The notes below the pieces were generated by a model. It did not search any database. It was not told the DNA's origin and saw only the letters and a list, made by a program, of their open reading frames with translations. A stretch of 47,565 nt of DNA from Halodesulfurarchaeum sp. (GTDB taxonomy: Archaea; Halobacteriota; Halobacteria; Halobacteriales; Halobacteriaceae), in assembly GCA_042216015.1 (NCBI GenBank), contig JBDGUI010000030.1, positions 1 to 47,565 of the forward strand. The letters are read 5' to 3'. Made by a program: the position numbers and the translations under genes. Positions 37,708 through 47,125 of the stretch are shown here, in pieces. The first letter of the stretch is position 1. Each line of letters begins with the position of its first letter.

Positions 37708-38736
37708 TCATTCGATGGTGGTGAACTCGGAGGGCTCGTTGAGCGCGAGGTTCGACGCGATCTCCACGATCCGAACGGCGTGTTCGGCCGTCTGCTGGAG
37801 GGCAACGAGGACTTCCCGAACCTGCAAGAGTCGTTTCTGTTTGAGTTCTGGAAGGTCCTTCATGAGGTCGAGTTCTCGCTCCGAGAGGTCCATGAACATC
37901 GCCTGGGCCGCTCGGGCCGTTTCGAAATCACGCTCGACGACCGTCTCCACGGCGAGTTCGGTGAGTTCGTCGACCCGCTCGTTGTGGTCCCGAATGGCTC
38001 TCACAGTCTGATCGTCGAGACCGAGGCGATCCCCATCCGCATCGAGTACGATCTCGGCCATGTTCTCCGCGTTGTCGGCGATCAGCTCCAGATTCTTCGC
38101 CACGGACCGATAGGCGATGAGGGGAAACCCGTCGGTGAGTCCCATCTTCCGGGCGATCGACGGATTGCGGTAGGAGGTAAAGATGAGCCGGAGGAGAAGC
38201 ACGAATATCTTGTTCGCCTGTCGCTCCCGGTTGAGCGCCCGCTCGGCCAGGTCCCGATTATTGCGAGCAAGCGCCTTGATCGCCTCGTTTCGCATCGTTC
38301 GTCCGGTGTTCTCGAGGCGGGTCAACAGGTTGGTCAGGTCGAAGTCCTCCGGATCCACCGAGCAGCGGATCGTGATCCGCTCCGGCGTCTCCTCGATCAC
38401 TCCAAGCCCCATCAACTGCGATTCGGCGGCGTAGACGGCATTGATGTGTGGCCCCTCGAGAGCCGCTTCGGCGGTGACGTGAATGACCCGTCGACCCAGC
38501 ACGTACTGTCCGATGATGGCCCGTTCGACAGCGTCCGCGTCGAAGTTTCCCACCGAGATCGTCGCCGCTGTTTCCTCGCTTCTGGCCGATTCCGGCGTGA
38601 CCGTCAACGTTCCCTCGGCTGTCGTCCTGACTGCCACCTCGTCCCCTTTTTCGACGCCGTTATCTCTGGCCCATTCGGCCGGAAGCGTCATTGCGAGCGT
38701 CGACGGCCCCAGCCGCTGGACCTTTCTCGTATCCAT
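37708..38736 (-). CDS. phoU: PhoU-family phosphate uptake regulator with an N-terminal AbrB-like domain
   Basis: RKVQRLGPSTLAMTLPAEWA and two PhoU repeats (KNLELIADNAENMA, QQTAEHAVRIVEI). Confidence 0.85.
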   Translation of the reverse strand: MDTRKVQRLGPSTLAMTLPAEWARDNGVEKGDEVAVRTTAEGTLTVTPESARSEETAATISVGNFDADAVERAIIGQYVLGRRVIHVTAEAALEGPHINAVYAAESQLMGLGVIEETPERITIRCSVDPEDFDLTNLLTRLENTGRTMRNEAIKALARNNRDLAERALNRERQANKIFVLLLRLIFTSYRNPSIARKMGLTDGFPLIAYRSVAKNLELIADNAENMAEIVLDADGDRLGLDDQTVRAIRDHNERVDELTELAVETVVERDFETARAAQAMFMDLSERELDLMKDLPELKQKRLLQVREVLVALQQTAEHAVRIVEIASNLALNEPSEFTTIE

Positions 38737-38788
38737 ACATCCAGTTGAATGTCTAATGAACCTTATATCTGCCTCGCCGGGGGTGGTC

Positions 38789-39856
38789 TCAGTCGACCCG
38801 CACCATTCGCTGTTCCACCCGGCCGACTCGGACCCGCATCCACCCACGAAGTTCCTCGTCGAGTTCGGGATCGCCAGTGTCCACCCGGAGCGTGTCCGTC
38901 ACATTCATCTTTTCGGGTGAGGCGACGACCGTGATCTCCGAGTCTTTGATGACGGCTGGAGAGATCTGATCGTTCCCGCGACCGAAAATGAATCCCTGTC
39001 CACCGATTGGGGAGACCACGATCACATTCTGCACCCCCATCGCATCGAGGATCTCGGCCTCCGATCCGTCCCTGACGAGCAGTTCGTTACCCCGGAGAAC
39101 GTCGACTCCCAGCGGCGAACCGTCGATACCGAACGCCGATTTGATCGTGGCGAGCGTGCCTCCGGGGCCGAGAATGTAGGTCGTCTTTGGATCGGCCTCC
39201 TCTGTGATTCCCCTCGCGAGTCCTTCGACGTCTCCCCCGAGAATCTGTTTCGATGACTGGAGTGCCTCGGCTACCGGCACCTCGGCCAGCCCCTTCAACT
39301 CGGCACGCACCTCCCCGTCGCGATAGGCAGTCTCGTCGATATCGTTGATCTCTCGGGTGGTCGTCTGCTCGAACGTCGCCGCGATGTGGCCCGCAGCTTC
39401 CGGCGAGACGGCAAACACCGAGGAATACACTTTCACCCCCGCCGGAGCACCCAGTATCGGGGTGTCCGTTCCGGCGGCTTCGATGGTCTCGTACACGTCG
39501 ACTGCCGTCCCGTCACCCCCCACGAACAGGACGAGATCGACGTCGCGTTCGAGAAACGCCGACACCGCGGCGGCGGTGTCCGAAGCGCTGGTCACGTCCT
39601 CGCTCGGCTCTCCGAGGACGGTGACGGGTATCCCAACTGATTCTGCTTCGATGGCCCCCATCGCGTTGCCCCAGGTGAGCACGTCGACCGAATCGCCGTG
39701 AGAAGAGAGGGCCTCGAGTGCCGCATCGGCCCGCTTCGGGGCGCGTTCTTCGGCCCCCCGTTCGCGGGCCTCTTCGACTTTCCCGTCGGTCCCCTTGAGC
39801 CCGACCCGTCCGCCCATCCCGGCGATGGGATTGACGACGAAACCGATCGTTCGCAT
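38789..39856 (-). CDS. ATP/polyphosphate-NAD kinase-like family protein
   Basis: VNPIAGMGGRVGLKGTDG, GGDGTA, PAGVKVYSSVFA and GQGFIFGRGN. Confidence 0.82.
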   Translation of the reverse strand: MRTIGFVVNPIAGMGGRVGLKGTDGKVEEARERGAEERAPKRADAALEALSSHGDSVDVLTWGNAMGAIEAESVGIPVTVLGEPSEDVTSASDTAAAVSAFLERDVDLVLFVGGDGTAVDVYETIEAAGTDTPILGAPAGVKVYSSVFAVSPEAAGHIAATFEQTTTREINDIDETAYRDGEVRAELKGLAEVPVAEALQSSKQILGGDVEGLARGITEEADPKTTYILGPGGTLATIKSAFGIDGSPLGVDVLRGNELLVRDGSEAEILDAMGVQNVIVVSPIGGQGFIFGRGNDQISPAVIKDSEITVVASPEKMNVTDTLRVDTGDPELDEELRGWMRVRVGRVEQRMVRVD

Positions 39857-39908
39857 GCTTCGACTTCGGATCCGGCCCGTGAAAGTATCGCCGGTTGCGG
39901 ACTCGATT

Positions 39909-40586
39909 TTACAGCCGGCGTTCGAGCCACGCTGCGGCAGCTTCGACCTCCGCTGGGTCCAGACCCTGGATGCGTATCGTGACGAGGTCGCCGGGATAGC
40001 TTCCGATGGAGACATCGAACCGCTCGTTCGCCGCTCGAAGGGCCGAAACCAGCTCGCGTTCCGGCCGTTCGGCGGTGAGCACCCTGGTCGTCGATTGCGG
40101 ACCGTCGAAAGCGGGGGCGACGAGGGCGAACATCTGACGCATCTCCTCGGGCACTCCCGGGAGCACGTAGACGTTCTCGAGGTGGGCCCCAGGGGCAACA
40201 CCCGCCGGATTCGGGAGAAACTCGGCCCGCTCGGGGAGATGTGTCGTCCCCGGGACGAGATCGCGCAGATCGTACTCGGTCTCGTGCTCGATCCACGTCG
40301 CTGCATCGGGGTGTTCGGACATCTCGCGGTCGAAAGTCGTGGCCACGGCTTCCATCGTCACGTCGTCGTGGGTCGGTCCCAGTCCCCCGGTGACGATCAC
40401 CGCATCGAAGGATTCGCTGAGCTCGTCGAGACTCGAGACGATGGCCTCCTCCTCGTCCGGGACGACGACGATCCGCCTGACGGTTGCCCCCCTCCCGTGA
40501 AGCTGGTCGGCGAGCCACGTGGCATTCGTGTTCTCCGTCTGGCCGGAGAGGAGCTCGTCGCCGACGGTCAAAATGGCCACGTCCAT
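39909..40586 (-). CDS. CinA N-terminal (molybdopterin-binding fold) protein
   Basis: VGDELLSG..NTNA, TGGLGPTHDDVT, NPAGVAPG and LPGVPEEM. Confidence 0.88.
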   Translation of the reverse strand: MDVAILTVGDELLSGQTENTNATWLADQLHGRGATVRRIVVVPDEEEAIVSSLDELSESFDAVIVTGGLGPTHDDVTMEAVATTFDREMSEHPDAATWIEHETEYDLRDLVPGTTHLPERAEFLPNPAGVAPGAHLENVYVLPGVPEEMRQMFALVAPAFDGPQSTTRVLTAERPERELVSALRAANERFDVSIGSYPGDLVTIRIQGLDPAEVEAAAAWLERRL

Positions 40587-40630
40587 GCGTTGGTGTTTGA
40601 TCGGGCTGGTATTAATGTCGCCGTGTCCGG

Positions 40631-41344
40631 CTATGGCCCTTCTATGTCCTCCGGACCGACGGCCCCTCTGCGGGCCGCAAGCGTCCGAAGCTGGGCCCGA
40701 AAGTACAACAGTCCCGCCCCCGCGATCAATCCCGCCACGCCGAGGAGGCCACCGAAGAGGTAGAGGTTCCGCTCCCGGTAGTAGTCGACGGATATGAGGG
40801 TCGAACTGGGGTTCTCCCACCGGAGCGTGACGCGATTCCCGGTTCGTTCCATGGCGTACCCGCTCGGTCTTGCACGCCCGATGATCGGTGCACCGATCGC
40901 TGCACCGGGCGGCAGGGTCACCGAATAACTCCCGTTGATCGCCACCGGGAGAAATAGCTCGTTCGATTGGACCCTCGCCGTATACGCGAGGTGGCCACCC
41001 TTCCGAGGGACGTCGATTATCGTCCGCTCGCCGGCCACGGAGACGGCGAGCGAGGAGGCATTGACCACCGTCCCGTTTGGATATCGGTACTTGACTGCCC
41101 GCACCGACAGTGCCGACTTGCCACCGAATTCACCGGGTCCAAAGAGGCTGACGTTCGTCCGGTTGGTTATGGATAGGACAGCCCGATACCGATCACCGGT
41201 GAGGGTGATACTGGCATCTGCGCTCGTGTTCCACTCGTAATTCGCCGGCTCCGCCAGCGCCCGTTCGTCCACCGGCCCCCCACCGACACACCCGGCCGTG
41301 GCCAGAAGGGCGACGACGGCGAGCGCGGCGAGCATTTGCCTCAT
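40631..41344 (-). CDS. conserved haloarchaeal lipoprotein/membrane protein (DUF5803-like)
   Basis: Lipobox LATAGC, N-glycosylation sequons and a C-terminal TM segment. ATGA overlap with the upstream gene. Confidence 0.7.
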   Translation of the reverse strand: MRQMLAALAVVALLATAGCVGGGPVDERALAEPANYEWNTSADASITLTGDRYRAVLSITNRTNVSLFGPGEFGGKSALSVRAVKYRYPNGTVVNASSLAVSVAGERTIIDVPRKGGHLAYTARVQSNELFLPVAINGSYSVTLPPGAAIGAPIIGRARPSGYAMERTGNRVTLRWENPSSTLISVDYYRERNLYLFGGLLGVAGLIAGAGLLYFRAQLRTLAARRGAVGPEDIEGP

Positions 41345-42009
41345 GGAACGACGGCGAGGAGTTCCGAATCGAGGTGGGGTCCGATACTGGCGAGAAGACC
41401 GGGTGGATCGGTTCCCGGCTTGCAGACGATGCTCTGTTCGAGCAGGCCAAGGCGCTCGACGGTGACGATGTCGTTTGCGTGCCCGGCTCGGTTGACCGTT
41501 GCTCGGACCTCGGCCCTTGTCGCGCTGTTGACGTTCACCCGACCGTTCTCCTCCCGCATCCAGCCGTGCAGACGGTCGCGCTCGGTATCGGCCAACCGCG
41601 GTGGATCGCCGGCCACGTACTCGAGTGGCAGATGCTGGATCAAGCCGAATCGGGTTCGTATCTGGGATGGAGTACCGCCCCCGAGTCCCAGACCATCGGC
41701 TGGAATTCCCACCTCGTGGCCCGCATCGAGGGTGAAGCCGTCCTCGTCCCAGGACTCGAGGGTTCCGGTCGCGACAGTCCCCGGTTCCGGGTCGGCGACG
41801 ATCTCGCCCCATTCGTCCCGCAGGACGTTTCGGGCGACCGTCTCATCCGGCCCTTCGATGGTGACCGTGGGAAAGTCGTCGTGGCGAATTCCGACGTCCA
41901 CGGAGACTGCGAGGTCACCGAGGGCGTTCTCGACGAGGGACCGTAATGAATCGAGTGCCCGATCCCGGGCCGTCCCATGTACGTAAACCCGGGTTGCAAG
42001 AACAACCAT
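41341..42009 (-). CDS. DUF2110 family protein
   Basis: MVVLATRVYV...RFGLIQHLP...ERLGLLEQSIVC..TDPPGL, coupled to tfe. Confidence 0.75.
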   Translation of the reverse strand: MVVLATRVYVHGTARDRALDSLRSLVENALGDLAVSVDVGIRHDDFPTVTIEGPDETVARNVLRDEWGEIVADPEPGTVATGTLESWDEDGFTLDAGHEVGIPADGLGLGGGTPSQIRTRFGLIQHLPLEYVAGDPPRLADTERDRLHGWMREENGRVNVNSATRAEVRATVNRAGHANDIVTVERLGLLEQSIVCKPGTDPPGLLASIGPHLDSELLAVVP

Positions 42010-42527
42010 TATGCGACGATCCGAAGTTCGCTTCTGAGTTCGTCGATCCGTTCGTCGATCGCGTCGATGAGTTCCTCGTTCCCCATCGCCTCGAGGTCAC
42101 CACCGCACTCGGGACACTCGAATCCGAGGTCCATCGCCTCGTCGAATTCGAACCGGATGGAGCAGGCCGGACACAGGTAAAATTCGTTCTCCCGTTCGTA
42201 TTCCCGCCGGAGTTCGAGTGCCTCGAGCAGTCGCTCCATCTCCTCGTGGAGGTTTCCCGGAATGTGCTCGTATTCGAAGGTCCACAGATAGGTGAGCCAC
42301 CCCGAATCCTCGTCGCGAACTCGGCGATAGGAGGCGAGATCGTTCTCGTAGAGGATGAAGAGTGCACGGCGAACGTCGTTGAGTTCGAGTCCAAGTCGCT
42401 CCGCGAGTTCCTCGTCTGTCACCTCGCCGTCGGGTGGGGCCGCCGCCACGGGCATGCCCTTTGGCCCCACCAGTTCGTTGAGGTACTTCTGAATGACGGG
42501 GTCCTCGAGTAACTCCTCAAAAGCCAT
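42009..42527 (-). CDS. tfe: transcription factor E alpha
   Basis: TDEELAE..LNDVRRAL..LYE, GWLTYLW and a Zn ribbon CPAC...FECPECG. Confidence 0.95.
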   Translation of the reverse strand: MAFEELLEDPVIQKYLNELVGPKGMPVAAAPPDGEVTDEELAERLGLELNDVRRALFILYENDLASYRRVRDEDSGWLTYLWTFEYEHIPGNLHEEMERLLEALELRREYERENEFYLCPACSIRFEFDEAMDLGFECPECGGDLEAMGNEELIDAIDERIDELRSELRIVA

Positions 42528-42589
42528 TATGTATGGATGGGACCGCCACGGTAGGTAAGTCTTTTGAGCGAGTGCGATCGATCTGGGGG

Positions 42590-43225
42590 TCAATCACTTC
42601 GTTCGTGCGAGGAATCTCCACCGTCGACCTCAGCACTCGATGACGCCGGCTCCCGATCCCTGGACGTATCATCCCGGTCTGCGGGCTCGCTATCGACCGC
42701 TTTGACCTCCTTCCCCCGTGCCTTTGGAACCACTCGGCGCGCTGGGTCCTCGAACGTTCGATTCAGCTCCCGCCCTTCGAAAAGCCGATCGAGAAAGACG
42801 GCCAGTGCCGCCACCTCGGAGTGGGGCTGATTGGTAACCCCGACGTTCCAGTCTGCGGCCTCGTAGACGTCGAATGGGACCTTCTCCGAACCGACGACGA
42901 CGAGCAATTCTTCCCCGGACGTCCGTTCTCGAATCCGGGCTGTCACCTCCGTTATGGGTTCGCCGTACATCGTGAGGTGGACGATCGGTCCCTCCCATGC
43001 CCGAACGTCACCGACCGGCGAGTCCGTCGATTCGACCGCGAAGGGCCCTCCGAACCGATCGGTCACGTCCCGCGTAGTGTCGAGGGCATCCGTCGCGTTC
43101 TCGGGAAAAACGATGCGGTCGGCCCCGAGCGCCCGGGACGTGAGCCCGACGTGAGTCGTCATTCGGTCGTCTCGCCCGGGTCGATGGCCGAGGCGAAGAA
43201 CCGTCACCGATCGGTCGTCCTGCAT
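42590..43225 (-). CDS. trm56: tRNA (cytidine(56)-2'-O)-methyltransferase
   Basis: LRLGHRPGRDDRMTTHVGL, VHLTMYG, VGSEKVP and NQPHSEVAALAVFLDR. Confidence 0.95.
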   Translation of the reverse strand: MQDDRSVTVLRLGHRPGRDDRMTTHVGLTSRALGADRIVFPENATDALDTTRDVTDRFGGPFAVESTDSPVGDVRAWEGPIVHLTMYGEPITEVTARIRERTSGEELLVVVGSEKVPFDVYEAADWNVGVTNQPHSEVAALAVFLDRLFEGRELNRTFEDPARRVVPKARGKEVKAVDSEPADRDDTSRDREPASSSAEVDGGDSSHERSD

Positions 43226-43348
43226 ACGGGAGCATTCGGCGAAACGGGTGAATATGTTGTGGTTGTCCCGAAGCCTCTGTGGTTAGTGACCCACAGTTCC
43301 GTCTCCAAAAACCACAACACACATGCCCGCACCTCGTAATCTGCCGAT

Positions 43349-44293
43349 ATGGAACTCTCCGGAGCCAGGGTCGTCGTAACTGGCGGGGCGGGGTTCGTTG
43401 GCTCCCACCTCGCGGAGCGATTGATCGAGGATGGCGCGACCGTGACGGTGGTCGATGACCTCTCGAACGGACGCCGGCAGTGGGTGCCCGAGAGGGCGAC
43501 ATTCCTCGAGGGAGACCTGACAGCGGACTCGACCGTCGAGGCGGCCATCGACGAAACGGTCGACGCGGTCTTCCATCTCGCGGCCCGGAAGGACGTGAAC
43601 GATCCAAACCCCCGATCCCAGTTCGAGGAGAACACCGGCATGACCCACTCGATTCTGGAGCGAATGGCCGAGGTGGGAATCGAACACGTCGCGTTCACAT
43701 CGTCTTCGACGGTCTACGGGGAGGCACCTCGGCCGACTCCGGAGGACTACCCCCAGTCGCCCATCAGCACGTACGGCGCGGCAAAGACCGCAGAGGAAGC
43801 TCTAATCTCGACGTTCGTGCACGCCACAGGGATGACCGCCTCGATCTTCAGGTTCGCCAATATCGTCGGTCCGAGGCTCCAGGCGGGGGCGGTCATCGTC
43901 GATTTCATCGAAAAACTTCGGTCGGACCCGGGGGAGCTCGAGATCAAGGGCAACGGGCGCCAGGAGAAGTCTTACATGACGGTTCGTTCATGTGTCGACG
44001 CGATGGTTCACGTGGTTCGAAACGCCGGGAACGACCGCTCCATTTTCAATCTCGGAACACGTACCACGACCTCAGTGACGAAGATTGCGGACATCGTCAG
44101 TGACGAGATGGGACTCGACCCTGACTACCGTTTCACCGGCGGCGAACGGGGGTGGACCGGCGACGTCCCGAAGATGCGTCTCTCGATCGAGAAACTTCGT
44201 GCCCTCGGATGGGAACCGCCGGAATCGAGCGACGAGGCCGTTCGCACGGCGACCGAACAACTGCTGGCCGGGCGAATTGCCAACGGGAATTAA
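43349..44293 (+). CDS. NAD-dependent epimerase/dehydratase (UDP-glucose 4-epimerase-like)
   Basis: TGGAGFVG, SSSTVYG, YGAAK, RFANIVG and GWTGDV. Confidence 0.9.
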   Translation: MELSGARVVVTGGAGFVGSHLAERLIEDGATVTVVDDLSNGRRQWVPERATFLEGDLTADSTVEAAIDETVDAVFHLAARKDVNDPNPRSQFEENTGMTHSILERMAEVGIEHVAFTSSSTVYGEAPRPTPEDYPQSPISTYGAAKTAEEALISTFVHATGMTASIFRFANIVGPRLQAGAVIVDFIEKLRSDPGELEIKGNGRQEKSYMTVRSCVDAMVHVVRNAGNDRSIFNLGTRTTTSVTKIADIVSDEMGLDPDYRFTGGERGWTGDVPKMRLSIEKLRALGWEPPESSDEAVRTATEQLLAGRIANGN

Positions 44294-44574
44294 CCGGCCA
44301 GATCGACGTACTGGGACTCCCAATCCCGACGCTCGGAGAGGAGGTTCGCGCCCTTCTCCGTGAGTTGGTAGGCGTTCGTTCGCTCGTCCTGCTTCGTTTT
44401 CTCTACGAGCGAGCGATCCACGAGCGTGTCGAGGTTCGGGTAGAGCCGTCCGTGATTGATCGTGGACTCGTAGTAATCCTCCATCTCCGACTTGATTTCG
44501 AGCCCGTTAGGATCCTTGAGGCCGGCGATGACTGTGAGGAGGTCCCGCTGGAAGCCGGTCAAATCGTCCATCAT
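44290..44574 (-). CDS. PadR-family transcriptional regulator (haloarchaeal RosR-like clade)
   Basis: DLTGFQRDLL...HGRLYPNLDTLV...DERTNAY. Confidence 0.88.
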   Translation of the reverse strand: MMDDLTGFQRDLLTVIAGLKDPNGLEIKSEMEDYYESTINHGRLYPNLDTLVDRSLVEKTKQDERTNAYQLTEKGANLLSERRDWESQYVDLAG

Positions 44575-44663
44575 CCTTTCATATAGATATGTCGCTCATA
44601 CTATTAAAATCGTTGCCCGGTAACAGAAACTGAAGGGTGGTTTCGGCCACCGCCTGCCGACCG

Positions 44664-45215
44664 TCACTCCCGTGTCGCCTCGACGAAAAAGGTCTCCGGT
44701 CGTTCCACGGCTCGGGTGATATCGAATCCGTCGTCTTCGAGTGCTGCGACGGCGGTACTCGCACTTTCCCGTTCGCTCAGCGGAGGACCGCGTTCGCCCG
44801 TCCCGTTTCTCGACCAGTCGGCGATGACGATCGACCCGCCCGAGCGAACGACTCTCGCGAACTCCGCAGGGGCAGTTTTCTCGATCTCGTGGAAGGTCAT
44901 CGTCGTGTAGAGGCCATCGAGAGTGTCCGTCTCGAACGGCAACGAGCGTGCCGGTGTGAGAACCATTTCGACGTTCGTCGGAATTCCCCGTCCCGAGAAG
45001 TGCTCGTGCATTTCCTCCTGCACGTCGACGGCGTAGAGGTGCTCGACGAAGGGGGCCACTTCGCGGGTGTAGAATCCCGTCCCACTACCGATGTCGGCGA
45101 CGGTCCCACCGCGTGCATCGTCCAGAGCGGTAATCAACTCGTCACGAGAGAGAAAGCGAAATCGATCGTCGCCCTCGAGTGCGTGGGCACTCGTGGGATC
45201 GAACGTATGCGACAT
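44664..45215 (-). CDS. class I SAM-dependent methyltransferase
   Basis: ADIGSGTGFY, YAVDVQ, SLPF, TFHE, IADW and GPP. ATG at 45215. Confidence 0.85.
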   Translation of the reverse strand: MSHTFDPTSAHALEGDDRFRFLSRDELITALDDARGGTVADIGSGTGFYTREVAPFVEHLYAVDVQEEMHEHFSGRGIPTNVEMVLTPARSLPFETDTLDGLYTTMTFHEIEKTAPAEFARVVRSGGSIVIADWSRNGTGERGPPLSERESASTAVAALEDDGFDITRAVERPETFFVEATRE

Positions 45216-45366
45216 CCTTATGCAAGCCTCCGGATCGTCGGTGCCGTTCGAGCCCATCTCGCCGCCTTTCTTCCCGAGGATGGCGTCAGACCGTATCCCA
45301 CTCGCGACATGGGCACACTCCCGGATTCGTGGCCTTGAGCGTTTGGATTCGGGCGGTCGACGTCGA

Positions 45367-46257
45367 TCAATCCCGTTTCCCGTTCCACTCGCCGATTCCA
45401 TCCGGATCGAGATGGATGTGGACGTCTCCGACCGTCGGTCGGGCCAGAATCCGATTTCGAAGCTCCGTTTCGAGGTCGTGTGCGTCCTCGAGGGTGAGTT
45501 CACCCGTGACCTCCGCGTGAAGTTCGACCTCGACCCGTGCTCCGACGTAGTGACAGCGAAGGTCGTGGACGCCATGAACGCCTGGATGGTCCGTGACGAT
45601 TCGTTTGATCGCCTCGACCTCCTCGGGGGGTGGAGCACTGCCCGTGAGATATCGAATGTTTTCACGGGCGATCTGGTATCCCTGATGCATCACGAGGAGA
45701 CTCACGAGACCGCCGGCGAGTGGATCGACGATCGGCATTCCAACGGCGGCACCGAACACGCCCAGCACGGCGGCGAAAGAGGTGTAAACGTCGTTCAGAG
45801 CGTCCGTGGCGAGTGCCTTCAACCCCGGCGAATCGAGTTGTCGATTGGTCCGATCGGTGTACCAGTACACGAGGATCATGTCGCCGATCGCGAACCCGAG
45901 GCCCAGCACAAGGAGGACATCGAACTGGATCTCGGGACCCTCACGAATCGCGGTAAGAGCGTCGAGAAAGATCTTGACTGCCAGTCCGATCAGGGTGACA
46001 CCGACGAAGAGGGCCGTGAGCGGTTCGACCCGCTCGTGGCCGTGTGGATGATTCGAATCGGGCCCTCGAAAGGACAGTCGTCCCCAGATCAGCACCACGA
46101 GACTGGCCAGCAGATCCGCGAGCGAATGTGCCGCGTCGGCAATAAGTGCGAGGCTCCCGAACATGAGACCGAGGCTCCCCTCGACGACGATCTTCGCCAC
46201 GTTCCCGACGACGTTGACCCAGGAGGCCCGGAGGAACGCGGCTTTATCCTCCGCCAT
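45367..46257 (-). CDS. cation diffusion facilitator (FieF-like) transporter
   Basis: SLALIADAAHSLAD, HPHGHERVE, DALND and a C-terminal domain (AHD...HIHLDP). ATG at 46257. Confidence 0.92.
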   Translation of the reverse strand: MAEDKAAFLRASWVNVVGNVAKIVVEGSLGLMFGSLALIADAAHSLADLLASLVVLIWGRLSFRGPDSNHPHGHERVEPLTALFVGVTLIGLAVKIFLDALTAIREGPEIQFDVLLVLGLGFAIGDMILVYWYTDRTNRQLDSPGLKALATDALNDVYTSFAAVLGVFGAAVGMPIVDPLAGGLVSLLVMHQGYQIARENIRYLTGSAPPPEEVEAIKRIVTDHPGVHGVHDLRCHYVGARVEVELHAEVTGELTLEDAHDLETELRNRILARPTVGDVHIHLDPDGIGEWNGKRD

Positions 46258-46368
46258 TAGACCCCCTTTGGGGAGCCGCCGACATGACCGTTGTGACCCC
46301 GTCCCGACAAACTGTGGTGGGGTTCTGGGATCGACACGTTCACCGCTTTCCACCGAAAAGCTCGATCG

Positions 46369-46812
46369 ATGCCTGACCGAATCGCCCACGACCATCCAAC
46401 CGTCGAGACCATCGCCGCGAGAATCGAACGACACGGCGGAACGACGCGTCCCGAGGTGGTAATCGAGGAGCCACTCGAGGTCGAACCCGAGACGCTCGTC
46501 AGACTGGTCCTCTCTGGGCGAGAATATCGCGCCCGCGTCGAAGCCTCCGATTCGGGTTCTGTGGCCTTCCGACACGCGGCACGCTCCCCCACCGGCGCTC
46601 GCTCTCCGGGAACTGGCAAAAACGCGCTGACCGCGTGGATCGAGACACGCGAGCTCGAAATCGGTCGGCCACTCCACCTCGACGTGGTCGATTCCGGTTT
46701 TCGCTACGGGTTGCGTGCACCGGGTGAAGATGTAACCTACGACGTTTCCAGACCTGACCATTCCCTGGCGGCCATCGCCCGAAATCTCGATGAACGGGAG
46801 AGGGACGACTGA
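46369..46812 (+). CDS. conserved haloarchaeal hypothetical protein
   Basis: A 147-aa ORF with haloarchaeal composition that fills the gap and is divergent from the CDF gene. Confidence 0.65.
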   Translation: MPDRIAHDHPTVETIAARIERHGGTTRPEVVIEEPLEVEPETLVRLVLSGREYRARVEASDSGSVAFRHAARSPTGARSPGTGKNALTAWIETRELEIGRPLHLDVVDSGFRYGLRAPGEDVTYDVSRPDHSLAAIARNLDERERDD

Positions 46813-47046
46813 TACTGAAATCGAGGAGCGATTCGGTTGGATCGGGCCCCGGCGATTGTGACACTATTCAACCGACAGAATTGCGGGACAGGAGGGCGAT
46901 TGCACCGATGGATATACAAAGGGAGTGGTGAGGTTTGGTAAACCTACGCACTATCTTTAGGAGGTCCAAAAGCGGCAGTTTATGCGGGTTTGAGCGGGTC
47001 TCTCGCGCAAACGTCGTGGACTATCATGATCAATTTTTGCGAAACA

Positions 47047-47125
47047 TTTAAGTGACTTTCGGTCATACCATTTGGTAAGGAACCCAGGGGAGTCTGGGTA
47101 CACCGTTCTCCCCGTTCCCTCCACC
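47047..47125 (+). promoter_or_regulatory. tfb promoter (TTTAAG) and structured ~50-nt 5' leader
   Basis: TTTAAG at 47047-47052 preceded by the BRE-like GAAA. Hairpin ACCCAG/CTGGGT at 47082-47099. Pyrimidine tract before the ATG. Confidence 0.5.

Noticed and set aside
194..45215. High count of SAM-dependent enzymes (Trm5, Dph5, TrmJ, TrmO-like, Trm56 and three class I methyltransferases)
   Set aside because: They are dispersed over 45 kb, belong to unrelated folds and show no shared motif, so there is no evidence of a single system.
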